NCBI RefSeq assembly: GCF_009914755.1
Contig: NC_060941.1
Strand: one strand, 5' to 3'
Length of the DNA stretch: 64,000 nt
Origin: the human T2T-CHM13v2.0 reference genome, Homo sapiens
Each line of letters starts with the position of its first letter. Positions within the stretch are counted from its first letter, which is position 1. Below the pieces are notes generated by a model. It searched no databases, was not told where the DNA came from, and saw only the letters and a list, made by a program, of their open reading frames with translations. The translations under genes and the position numbers were made by a program. Positions 1 to 16,786 of the stretch are shown here, one piece after another.

Positions 1-520
1 TGGAGTCACTGACAAAACCACTGCTAGAGTCCAGGCTTCCATGATTCCCAGTCCAGGGCTCTTATCATTAAATAACACAGCCTCCCTTCTTTCCTGGGAG
101 GCACTGCAGGCATGCCATCCCCCTGCCAAGATAATCACCCTCCAAGAGCCCCTCCTCCTATCCCAGTCCCTCCTACAGCACAGCTGAGTTGCAGCTCAAA
201 TTAGCAAGTCCCGGAGCAGGGGGCATTTCTGGGAGGGTGCCCAGTCTGAGGGTTGCTGGTACCGAAGAGGAGGGACAAAGATGGAGAAGAAGGTGACATC
301 CCACAAAGGGTTTGGGAGAACTGGGTCCTTGGGGCAGTGGCAGTGAGCCTGCTGGGCTGGATAAAGACACATGCAGTGGCATCTCCCAAAGCGCATTGGG
401 GAAGCAGACCAGCAGTTGGCACCACCTCTAGCAGCAAAAGGAAGGGCTGAGCCTTGATGGGCAGGGAAGCCTGGGGCATCTCCGAGTCCAAGTTGGGCCT
501 CAGGGGTGCCTCCTGGCAGA

Positions 521-880
521 GTGGCACTGGCGCGCCCGTGAGGTGGCACCAGTGCCCGGGAGGAGGCCCGAGGACACAGATGCCCTGCCTGCCCGTGGGA
601 TAGCACCGGCACCCGGCGAAGGCCCAGCCCCCCCGGGAGGTGGCACCGGCGCCCGGCGAACGCCCGACGACCAGGATGCCCAACCCGCCCGTGAGGTGGC
701 ACCGGCGCCCAGTGAAGGCCAGACGACCAGGATGCCCAGCCCGCCCGTGAGGTGGCACAAGCGCCCGGCGAAGGCCCGACGACCAGGATGCCCAGCCCGC
801 TCGTGGAGTGGCACCCGCGGCTGGCGGAGGCCCAGCCCGCTCGTGAAGTGGCACCGGCGCCCGGCGGAGGCCCGCGGTCC
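521..880. repeat. GC-rich minisatellite, mixed 56-bp and 40-bp units, in TOM1L2 intron 1
   Basis: Anchor GTGGCAC (or variant) at 543, 600, 640, 696, 752, 808, 848; unit approx CCCGCCCGTGAGGTGGCACCGGCGCCCGGCGAAGGCCCGACGACCAGGATGCCCAG; short units lack the 16-nt GACGACCAGGATGCCC block. Confidence 0.9.
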
Positions 881-938
881 TCACCAGCCGGATCAGCGGC
901 CGCCGTTGCCCAGCCTCCTGCCCCACACGCGGCCTTAC

Positions 939-990
939 CGAGGCACTGCCCCACTGGTGTGCTGAACGGGTTCCCCAGGAGGAACTCCAT
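939..990 (-). CDS. TOM1L2: TOM1L2 first coding exon (MEFLLGNPFSTPVGQCL+1 nt; start of VHS domain); rest of gene lies left of the window
   Basis: ATG at 990 in AAGATGG context; peptide matches the TOM1/TOM1L2 N-terminus; donor G|GTAAG at 938; 52 nt, phase 1. Confidence 0.95.
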
Positions 991-1512
991 CTTGGGTGGA
1001 CAACACGCAGCGGCCCGGGCCCCCTGTCTGCCACCTAGGCCTCCGCTGTAACCCGCCGGACTCCCGTCCTGACTGACACTTGCCCCCTCCCCACTCTCTG
1101 GAACGCCGAGCTTAGGGCCTTTGGCCCCGCCCCCTTGCCGCGTCTCTATTGGGGGACACCTACGAAGCCCGCCTCCTATTGGTCGTTACACCTCTGTCTG
1201 CAAAGCCCCCACCCACCCCGCAGCGTCCGATTGGGCGGAGGAGCGAGCTAGGTCACCGGAGTCCCTGTCAGCCGTGGCGGCACCTCCCCTGGCCCGCCCC
1301 CAAAGGGGAAGCTGCGCATTTTGATTCCTCTGTATATTGGTCAATCTAAAGGATTCTTACTATTATTGGACAAGAGACGAGTCAATCACGCAAATGGACG
1401 GAACAGAGGTGAATCTAGGAATATCCCCGCCCATAGAAAGTACTGATTGGAGAAACATTTGTTTTCTCTACGGCTGGTTGGTGTAAGGAGTGTTTCACCA
1501 CACGGAGATGTG

Positions 1513-1522
1513 GTCACGTGAC
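1513..1522. promoter_or_regulatory. Palindromic CLEAR/E-box GTCACGTGAC (MiT-TFE/USF site)
   Basis: Exact 10-bp palindrome inside the promoter. Confidence 0.7.
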
Positions 1523-1556
1523 TTGTCAACTTTCACCCAGGATGTCTCCCTTCTGA

Positions 1557-1600
1557 CTTCCCCTTAGCAACCAAGTCGCAGCGCTTGGTTCCCCAGCAAC
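1557..1600 (+). promoter_or_regulatory. RFX X-boxes at the DRC3 start
   Basis: GTTCCCCAGCAAC (1588-1600) fits GTYNCY-N0-3-RGYAAC; weaker CTTCCCCTTAGCAAC (1557-1571); typical of cilia genes. Confidence 0.65.
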
Positions 1601-1651
1601 CGGGAGACGCGTCTGCTGCGTGGAACCGCCGAGTTCCCAGCGCTTGAGAAG
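1580..1651 (+). other. DRC3: DRC3 non-coding first exon (start approximate)
   Basis: Strong donor GAAG|GTGAGA at 1651/1652, just downstream of the X-boxes in the CpG island. Confidence 0.7.
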
Positions 1652-2294
1652 GTGAGACGTGGGAGCTGAGGCTCCCGGAGGACTTGCAGGGACAGATAGT
1701 GCCCGACGTAACTCTTTCCTGTGACCTTTTTCTCGGAGAACGCCGGCCCGGCCCTTCTCATTTATAAAATGAGCACGTAGGTCCTCTCCCAGCCACTTTA
1801 CAGTCGTGCTGAGACAGCCAAGACACTTTAGTCCTGGGCTTGTCAAGCTTTTGAATAAAAAAAAAAAAAAATACTAAGGAAGCATTTCCCGAGGGAGCAG
1901 GGCCAGAATGGATTTTTAAGGGGTTCCGTCTTCCAGCCTCCTTTCATAGAAAGAGAGGTACCCGGTCCACTGATAACTTTTCCCAGAATTTAGCCATCAT
2001 AACTGACCTCATAACTATCAAATGATTTCATCTTGGTACTGTATATACCGCTTTGGATGTGAATACGGCTACTCAAGTTCTGTATCCGTCTCTGTCAGTA
2101 ACTCATTGTACGACTTTGGACAAGTTCCTTTACCTCCCTGGAGCCTCAGGTTCCCTAGCTGGGAAATAAGGGCATTAGGACTCCCTTTTTATGGCCTCCG
2201 GAGCTTACATGTACTTAAATAATGCATGTGCACTGAGCACACAGTAAGCATTCAGTAAGTGATTGATTTTATTCTTTTTTAAGAAAAATTTTGT

Positions 2295-5380
<3,086 letters not shown>

Positions 5381-6275
5381 AACCTACTGGAGCTAGCTTA
5401 AGTAGAAGAGGATTTCATGTGAGAAACAGGAAACTCTCATGAGGCCTGGACCTAGGGACATTAGGGACTGGAAAGCCAGCAAGAAGGAGGCAGCCTCTGT
5501 CTGTGTCGATCTGTCTGTCCTTTGTCTTTTGTTTTCTGATTCCCAGGTTCCCATCTCTGCTTTTCTCTGTGCATCTGCCTCCTCCCCCTCTTGCTCTCTG
5601 CTTAACTATGTACCCAGCCAGCCCACACTCCCTATTCCTCCCCAGCTCAAGCAGCCAGCTCCGATGGGCACTCTCATTCCACAGCCTCAACTTCACATCT
5701 CCCACGGGGAGGACGTGAATGGGCAGCTTGGGTCAGGGGCTCCCTCTGCACCAGGAGAAGCTTGTGGTGTGGTGTGGGGCATACACACATGACGGCCTGG
5801 AGGGGGTGAGGTGCTCAAGGAAGAGGAGCTGCAGGCTGACAGGCCTGGCTGGGGCTGCCCAGGGAGCACAGTCAGTGGTTGGTACCCACAAGCCCAAGTG
5901 AGGATGGGCATACAAAGTCAGAGGCCTGACACAGGGCCACAGTCATAAGATGAGTCAAGATCACAGGCTAGGGAGACCAGTGTGGACACCAGTCCAGTGG
6001 GTCCAGCGAGGGTCCCAGCTGTGGCTGTAGGGTCAAGGGATGAAACCCTGTGGACAGGCCCAGGTGGTTGCCAGGAAGCCCTGGAGCAGCCTTGGCGTAA
6101 GTATACAAACCCCGAGATGCAGCAGACCCAGGGCTGGGCGTGGGGCATTCCTCAGAGTGCCAGTGGCCACAAGACACTACAGGGGGAAACCTCAGCCAGA
6201 CCCTGCCCTCAAACAGAGAAAGAAGCAGGCCGTGAAGGAGGAATGCGGTGTTTTTTAGGGAAAACGTGGGGGAAG

Positions 6276-6435
6276 ATGAACCAGCCGTGCAACTCGATGG
6301 AGCCGAGGGTGATGGACGATGACATGCTCAAGCTGGCCGTCGGGGACCAGGGCCCCCAGGAGGAGGCCGGGCAGCTGGCCAAGCAGGAGGGCATCCTCTT
6401 CAAGGATGTCCTGTCCCTGCAGCTGGACTTTCGGA
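6276..6435 (+). CDS. DRC3: DRC3 coding exon 1 (MNQPCNSMEP...LQLDFR); exon starts at 6259
   Basis: Acceptor ttttttag at 6258; ATG 6276; donor A|GTATGT; 160 nt. Confidence 0.93.
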
Positions 6436-8560
6436 GTATGTATCCAAGGTTCAGGGGTGGTGGCCAGGGTGGGCCCTCCCTGGCTTTCTCTGCTCCATCT
6501 TCAAGCCCCAGGATTCCATGCAAAGTCCACGGTCGAGGTTCCCACATCAGCATTAGGGCCTACCTGGGTTACAAGGCATAGGAGCAGCACAGATGTTTGT
6601 AAAGCGTCATACTTAGTGTCTTCATCATTTGAATATCCACGACGCTCCGGATTCTGAATAAGAATAGAAAACAAGATAAAATTGTCCCACGCCAAATCTA
6701 AGTGAGCCCCCAAGACTATGCTGTTTCCATCACACAACTCCACATGGGTGTCCTTGGAGTGGGGGTCCCTGGCAGGCAGAGCCTAGGAAGTCCCACGTAG
6801 CCAGAAGCAGAGGGTAGGAAGTGTGGGAGAATGAGAGCGGGCACTGGGATGGCAGCTTCAGGGAAGGGGTGACCAAAGACAGGCTGGTAGCAGGAGGAGC
6901 ACAGGCCCTTGAGGCAGGGAGGCACATCAGGAGTGAGAAGATGTGGCTCAGGACCAGGCGGACCCTCACTGCTTCAATGTCCCGTCTGTGGAATGGGATG
7001 GCTGTCATCCCTGTCTCGAGCATTGGGTGGGGGGACAAGGTGAGACAGCACGTGCACAGTGCCTGGCTCACACAGCAAGCCAGGCACAGTAAGTGAAGGC
7101 AGAGGCAGTACGAGGGCAGTGAGAGAGGTGGGCAGGGATCCTGAGACCCCCCTTTGTATCATGTGCAGGCAAGGCCACAGCAGAGTGACCTGGTCTGATT
7201 CACATTCGTGCTCTGTCTTGGGGCCCCTAGGCTGGCCGGCATCCAGTCAACAACAAGGAGGTATTGAGACCCTGCCTCAGTCCAGCCCTGCTGCCAGAGC
7301 CAGGGACACGACAGTGGGCAAGTCAGGCATGGCCCAGGCACAGCCCCACGAAGCCCATAGGCTCCCAGGGCTGACCACCCAAGCAGGGAGGGCCCTGAGC
7401 CACAGCCCCGGGAGGGGTAAAAGGGCACAGAACAGGTGCGGCAGGAGGGAGCTTTTGCAGCTGACCGCTTGCCCTCTGTTTCCCCTCCCCAACCTGAGGT
7501 TCATGCAGCCAGTATTGAACACCTGCCTGTTACATGCCAGGTACTGTTCTGAGCACTAGGGATTCAACTATGAGCAAAAAAAGACAAAAGCCTTGTCCTC
7601 ATGGAGCTGACATTCAACTTGATGGGGGACAATTAAATAAAATGAAGAAGGAAAATAATACTATTTGCTAAACGTAATATGTGGTGTGGAGGAAAAAAGG
7701 AAGGAGAGGAGAAAAGGGAAGTTGGGGGTGGAGTACAGTGTTTTATAGAGTGGCCAGGGGCTTCACCAAGAAGGTAACAATTTAGCAACAACTTGAGGTA
7801 GGCAAGGGAGAGAGCTGCTGTGCAGATCCACCAGGGAAAGTGGAGCAGCCAGTGCAAAGGGCCTGGGGCAGGCTGGACCCCGCCTTATCATCTCTGCTGA
7901 GGAAGCCACTGTGGAGAGACAGGTCGGGGAGGTCATGGTGTCAGCTTGGAGACAGTGGAAGGTGTTTGGCTCTTACAGTGAGTGAAGTGGGGACCCCGGG
8001 AGGGTCCTGAGCAGAAGTGGGACAGGATGGGACTTAGGATTTCACAGGACCCTGCTGGCTGCGTGAGGATAGACCGTGGAGGCCAGGGGCCGAGGCAAGG
8101 ATCTAGTAAGATGGCCACTGCTGTACTCCAGTGAGTGATGACCACAGGCCTGGCCGAGGTGGTGGCCACAGGGGCAGATTTAGTGTCTTTGTTGAAGATT
8201 AAATCGGCTTTTTTTGGCAGTCCTGTCATGCTGGTAACTCATTTAGAGCTAACTGCCAAGTACATCCTGATTTGTTGTGTTGTTTTGGCTTTTCCTCCTG
8301 AACTGCTGACACCTGGGAAAAAGCCGGCATGCTGGCGTGTGTGGCAGAGCACCCGGTGTGCAGGAGCCACAGGGGGAGTGCTACTGCTGGGGGGCTGTCA
8401 GATCAGGGCCAGAAAAGGCACCTGGAAAATCCAACCCAGGGTTGGGAGGTGGCCGGGAGGCTGGGGCAGAACTGGCCCCACCCTGGAAGCACAGGTGGGA
8501 ATTGTGGCCAGTATCATTCTGGGAAATCTGGCCACAAACAGGGAGCTGAAGAACAGGCAC

Positions 8561-8755
8561 CAGTCCCACCCAGCCCTGGGAACCCAGGAGAGGCACTACG
8601 CAGCAATCCGGCTCTAGGGGAAGGGCAGTCCCACCCAGCCCTGGGAACCCAGGATAGGTGCAAGGCAGCAATCCAGCTCTAAGGGAAGGGCAGTCCCACC
8701 CAGCCCTGGGAACCCAGGAGAGGTGCAGGGCAGCAATCCAGCTCTAGGGGAAGGG
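8561..8755. repeat. 65-bp minisatellite, 3 copies
   Basis: CAGTCCCACCCAGCCCTGGGAACCCAGGA... starting at 8561, 8626, 8691. Confidence 0.9.
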
Positions 8756-8900
8756 CGGTGTGCCCCTCTGGACCTGGGTCAGAGAACCCTGTCCTCCCCA
8801 GAACTTTGTGCAGGGAGGGGAGCTAGGAGGGGTTCCCCACTTTCCCACTGGGACTTTCACAACCTCACAGGCAGGCTCTGCCCCTCTGAATGAATATTGA

Positions 8901-11549
<2,649 letters not shown>

Positions 11550-12504
11550 CTTAATGAGCATATTCTAATTTTATAAATTTTAGAAATCATTACAAAAGCA
11601 AATATGGAAAAAAGGAGCATATAAACAACAGAGCTGTACGTGGCTTCTGGGAAAACCTGGCAGACAAGTTTGGCCTCTAGAGTGTTACATATACAGTACA
11701 TATTTACTTATACATATGTGTTTTTCAGAACTCTCCTGGCTGCCAGTGACAGAAACCAAACTCTGGCTTACCTAGCAAACAGAATGAACCAGCTGTGTAG
11801 CTGGCGTGGGTGGTCCTCACAGGCCACAGGGGCCAGGCACTTCCGTGATATCAGGAACCTGCCTCGTTCTTGCATGGATGACTTATCTCATCCCCTACGT
11901 ATGGACATTTGGGAGCTTTTCTGCCCCTTACGTGCCTGAGGGATTCCTTTGGACATATATACAGTGTGGAGATAGATTCCATGTAGAGAAATTATAGTTC
12001 AAAGGGCACTGACTTTAAATATTTCAAAAAACATTGCCAAACAGTGCTCCAAAAAGGCTGAATGAGGCAATCAACCCTCCTACCAACAGAGACACATGTT
12101 TTCATTCTATTTATCACACTGTGGAAGGAAGGCCTCTGTCTGTGTCCTGTGTCCTAAGGTGGACCAGCCTCCTGGAGAGTCCCTGGCCTGGCCCCAGAAA
12201 CAGCACAAGCGAGTCTCCTGCCCAGCCAGGTCCAGCTCACTTCCACCCCAGCAACTTTTTAGCTCCACCCTAGTAAACCTATTAGGTCTTTCTGTGGCTC
12301 TGGGTGGCAGTACCGATCCCCGCCCACCTCATAGGGACACAATGTTCCTCGATGCTCAGCCGACATCTCCAGGGTGCCTGCGTACTCCAGGGCAGGGCAG
12401 AAGAGTTCTAGGTCCCTTTTGTGTGGTTCTGCCTCACTCCTCCTGTACACTAGCACAAAACTCTGACCCTAACCTGAGACTGAAATCACCTTCCATTATT
12501 TCAG

Positions 12505-12621
12505 ACATCCTCCGCATAGACAACCTCTGGCAGTTTGAGAACTTGAGGAAGCTGCAGCTGGACAATAACATCATTGAGAAGATCGAGGGCCTGGAGAACC
12601 TCGCACACCTGGTCTGGCTGG
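12505..12621 (+). CDS. DRC3: DRC3 coding exon 2 (LRR: NILRIDNLWQFENLRKLQLDNNIIEKIEGLENLAHLVWL)
   Basis: tttcag| ... G|GTAAG; SDS22-like LRR; 117 nt. Confidence 0.95.
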
Positions 12622-14465
12622 GTAAGGCCCTTTCCTCTGTGTGTCCACCCTAATCGAAGGTGACACCCTGACAAGGTTATTGCCTTCCCAGGAGACAATA
12701 ATTGTGTGCGACACTCAGCTGCTGGCCCATCATTAGCCAGGGTACGGCAGAAGCTCTGCCTGCTGGGAGCAAGAAAGCTGCTATTTTTTAAAAGCCTAGG
12801 GCTTGTGCTGGGCAAAGTGCAGCAAAGATGTGCTCAGACACAAGACCACAGAATATTCTGCTCTCATCTGCCCAAACTTTCAGTCTGGATGGGGTACAAA
12901 GGGGCAGCTGTGGACTCCTATTTAATCTAGACTCAGGCTGACAGATAACCATCGACAGGTAACCATTGGCTGGTGGGACCCAGATGAAACCAGGAATAAT
13001 CGTCACAGAGGCTAGTGTGTATCAAGCACTTAACTACATGCTAAGTGGGGCCTAAGTGGGGCCTATATGCTTTCCATATGGGTCTTTCAGTTCACACAGC
13101 ATCCCCGTCATAGAGATGAGCAAACTGAGGTCACCACACCACATCAGGTCTCACTGCCAAGGCCATGGAGGGTTTTGATGAGATGTTCCTTCTGCTGGCC
13201 TCTTAGGAGCATCCTCACATCTGGTGAGGGGCAATGGGTCCCTAGCAGGGAGAAGGTGATGGGCCTGAGAGCTCCTTATGCCCTGTCTTGTTTAACCCCC
13301 ATTTTAATCCTAAGAGTTGGGCATCTGTTATAATCCCAATCTACAGAAGAGGAGCTGAGACTCAGGGAGCCCCAGGCACTTGCCCAAAGCTGCACGACCA
13401 AGAAGTATCAGAGCTGGGACTCACCCCCACGCCTGTCTGACCTCACAGCCCACATTCCCTCCATCCTATTAGGCGGTCTTCTGGTAATAAGGGCACCCTG
13501 GGGCATCGTGAGCCTTCCAATTTGCCAAACACTCCCATCCTCCTTTGTGCTGACAATTGCAAGCCCATAGCAAACCCACAGGCAGGGTTATGCTGCCATT
13601 TCACACATGCAGCAACTGAGGCTCAGGGAGGCTGACCAGCTTGATGGAGTCATGTGCTACAGGTAGCAGGAGCAAACCACAGCCAGGTCCTCTCACACCT
13701 GGGCCCAGGTCTCTTGTCCCAGGTTTCTCATTTCTCTGCACTCTAGCACCCATTAATGCTGATTCATGAATGCCATGGTTTTAAGCAGGAGCTCTCTGGC
13801 CTGGCTGTCTCTCAGACATAAAGCAAGTACCACTGAGCCCCATGACAGCTCCCTCTTTCTGTCTGCTTACCCAGAGAGAAACCTGAATACTGGTCTTGGT
13901 TCCCTCCCTAACAGAAGCTTATCTTCCTACTACTTGGAGCCCCTGCACACACACTTCCTAGTCAGCTCATTCCCCCAACCCCTTGCAGTGGCCATCCACG
14001 CTTCCAAGGGTCATTGGACTGATGGCCAGTGCTCCCTGGGATGGGGGTGCTAGAGCAGTGAGGGCAGGCTCTGTTAAGAGGTCACACTGCCCCTCAGAGT
14101 ATAGGCAGAAGCTGGTCTTTGTCCAGCCATGGCACTAGGTGCCCAGGGACCCAACCACAGCCAGAAGAGCTGGATCCCTGGGGTGCTGAGGATGGGGGTT
14201 AGGGAGGTGGCACTCCCATGGTTCAGCACGACCTCCCACACTGACATGCACAGGGCTGAGGATGTGCTGGAGCTGGCTAGCCCTGGCTCTCAACAGCTGG
14301 CTATACACATTTCTTCCCAACTTTGCTTCCAGGGATGCCACGCTGGTAGCTTGAAATTGGCCACGGTGGGAGTATTTACACCACAGAAATGAGCAAGCAC
14401 CTCAAATCAGGGGTTTTCCTCAGCCCCCATTGGTAAACACTTGCTAGCACACCACTAGGGGGTAG

Positions 14466-14957
<492 letters not shown>

Positions 14958-16619
14958 TGAATCTCAGTTTCCTCATCTATAAAATGGGGATGATGCTATC
15001 TGTGCTATGAGGATTAAACAAGGTAATGCACTTAAAGGGCCTGGCATAGAGAAAGGACAGAGTTATCATTGGTCTCAATGTCAACAGGTGAGCATCCCCT
15101 GATATGCGGAGGAGGCTATATTAAGATGTGGTTAAACTCATCTCCCAAATCACCTTTTTTTTTTTTTTTTTTTTGGACACAAAGCTTCACTTCATCACCT
15201 AGGCTGGAGTGCAGTGGCACAATCTCGGCTCACTCCACCTCCAAGGTTCAAGTGGTTCTCGTGCCTCAGCCTCCTGAGTAGCTGGGATTACAGGCATGTG
15301 CCACCATGCCCAGATAATTTTTGTATTTTTAGTAGAGACAGGGTTTTGCCAGGTTGGCCAGGCTGGTCTGGAACTCCTGACCCCCAAGTGATCCCCCCGC
15401 CTCGGCCTCCCAGAGTGCTGGGATTACAGGTGTAAGCCACTACGCCCAGCCCCAAATCACCTTTTAAATGTGATCACCCTGTGGTTATCATGCTCATATT
15501 TCCAAGCCCAGGAAAAATGCTCATTTTTGGCCTCTAGGCCATTGGTGTTCCAGGACAAGATAACAGCCCCACCTGCCAGGTAACCCTGAAAACCTGTAGT
15601 GGGGAAAAAGTACTTTTAGGCCGGACATGGTGGCTCACACCTGTAATCCCCACTTTGGGAGGCCGAGGTGGGAGGATCACTTGAGCCCAGGAGTTTGAGA
15701 CTAGCCTGGGCAATATGGTAAGAGCCTGTCTCTATACAAACCTTTTTAAAAAGTTAGCTGGATGTGATGGCGTATACCTGTGGTCCAGTCTACTCAGGAG
15801 GCTGAAGCAGGAGGATCACTTGAACCCAGGAGGTCAAGGATGCAATGAACCGTGATTGCGCCACTGCACTCCAGTCTGCACAACAGAGCGAGACCCTGTC
15901 TCAAAAAAAAAAAAAAAAAAAAAAAAAGGAAGGTACTTTTATTCCCAAAGATGTGGAATTAGTCAAAAGTCTCGGTTGGGGTTGAGGGAGCCTGAGACAG
16001 CTGTGATGGAGCTGGAGGAACCTGACCTGCCACATGTCCAGGGAGAAGCCTTAGATGAACTCTGGCCCCACTGTGGTTAGCTGTGTGGCTTTGGGCAAAT
16101 CACTGAGTCTCTCTGAGCTTCTGCTTCCCAAATGATAAAACAGCAAGAGAAATTCCAAACTACCACTCAGGGCTGCTGTCAGAGGATATACACGAGTGCT
16201 TGATAAACTGGTAAATGCAAAGCACACAGGAGGTGGTCTTGCTAAAATGCCACAGGTGTGAGGAAAGGGGACACTCCACCGCTGTCTACCCCGACCCCCA
16301 AGGGCACTGCTTCAGACCTGCGGGTTAGTATTTTCCTCCCAGAACTATGGCAGAGCATAGACACCAGTATTTGCCCACATGTCCCCAGCCAGGAGGATGA
16401 TTGGCGGAACTGGAGAGGGTAGTGAATATTGGAGGCTGCAGGAAATAATTCACACCTGGCTTCTAAAAAAATCACAAACTATTAGACAGTGAGTCAAATT
16501 CTGGCCCTGGCAGCTTGGTGCTGGCTCACAGGGCACTCAGTAGCCCTGATGGTTTTATTTCAGGACAGCCCATCCCCTGACCCAGGCAGCAGACCCTCAC
16601 AGCCCTCTCTTCTTCCCAG

Positions 16620-16786
16620 ATCTGTCTTTCAACAACATTGAGACCATCGAGGGGCTGGACACACTGGTGAACCTGGAGGACCTGAGCTTGTTCAACAACC
16701 GGATCTCCAAGATCGACTCCCTGGACGCCCTCGTCAAGCTGCAGGTGTTGTCGCTGGGCAACAACCGGATTGACAACATGATGAAC
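16620..16786 (+). CDS. DRC3: DRC3 coding exon 3 (LRR: [56 protein letters not shown])
   Basis: ttcccag| ... AAC|GTGAGT; 167 nt. Confidence 0.95.

Larger units (their letters stand above)
520..1750. promoter_or_regulatory. CpG island / bidirectional promoter shared by TOM1L2 (-) and DRC3 (+)
   Basis: High CpG density; divergent first exons about 600 bp apart; GC boxes at ~1125, ~1233, ~1424; six ATTGG at 1148, 1178, 1230, 1336, 1365, 1446. Confidence 0.9.

Noticed and set aside
196-1034. Long ORFs (264 and 277 aa) on the - strand
   Set aside because: Only the first 17 codons are TOM1L2; the rest is read-through past a strong donor into a stop-poor GC-rich VNTR
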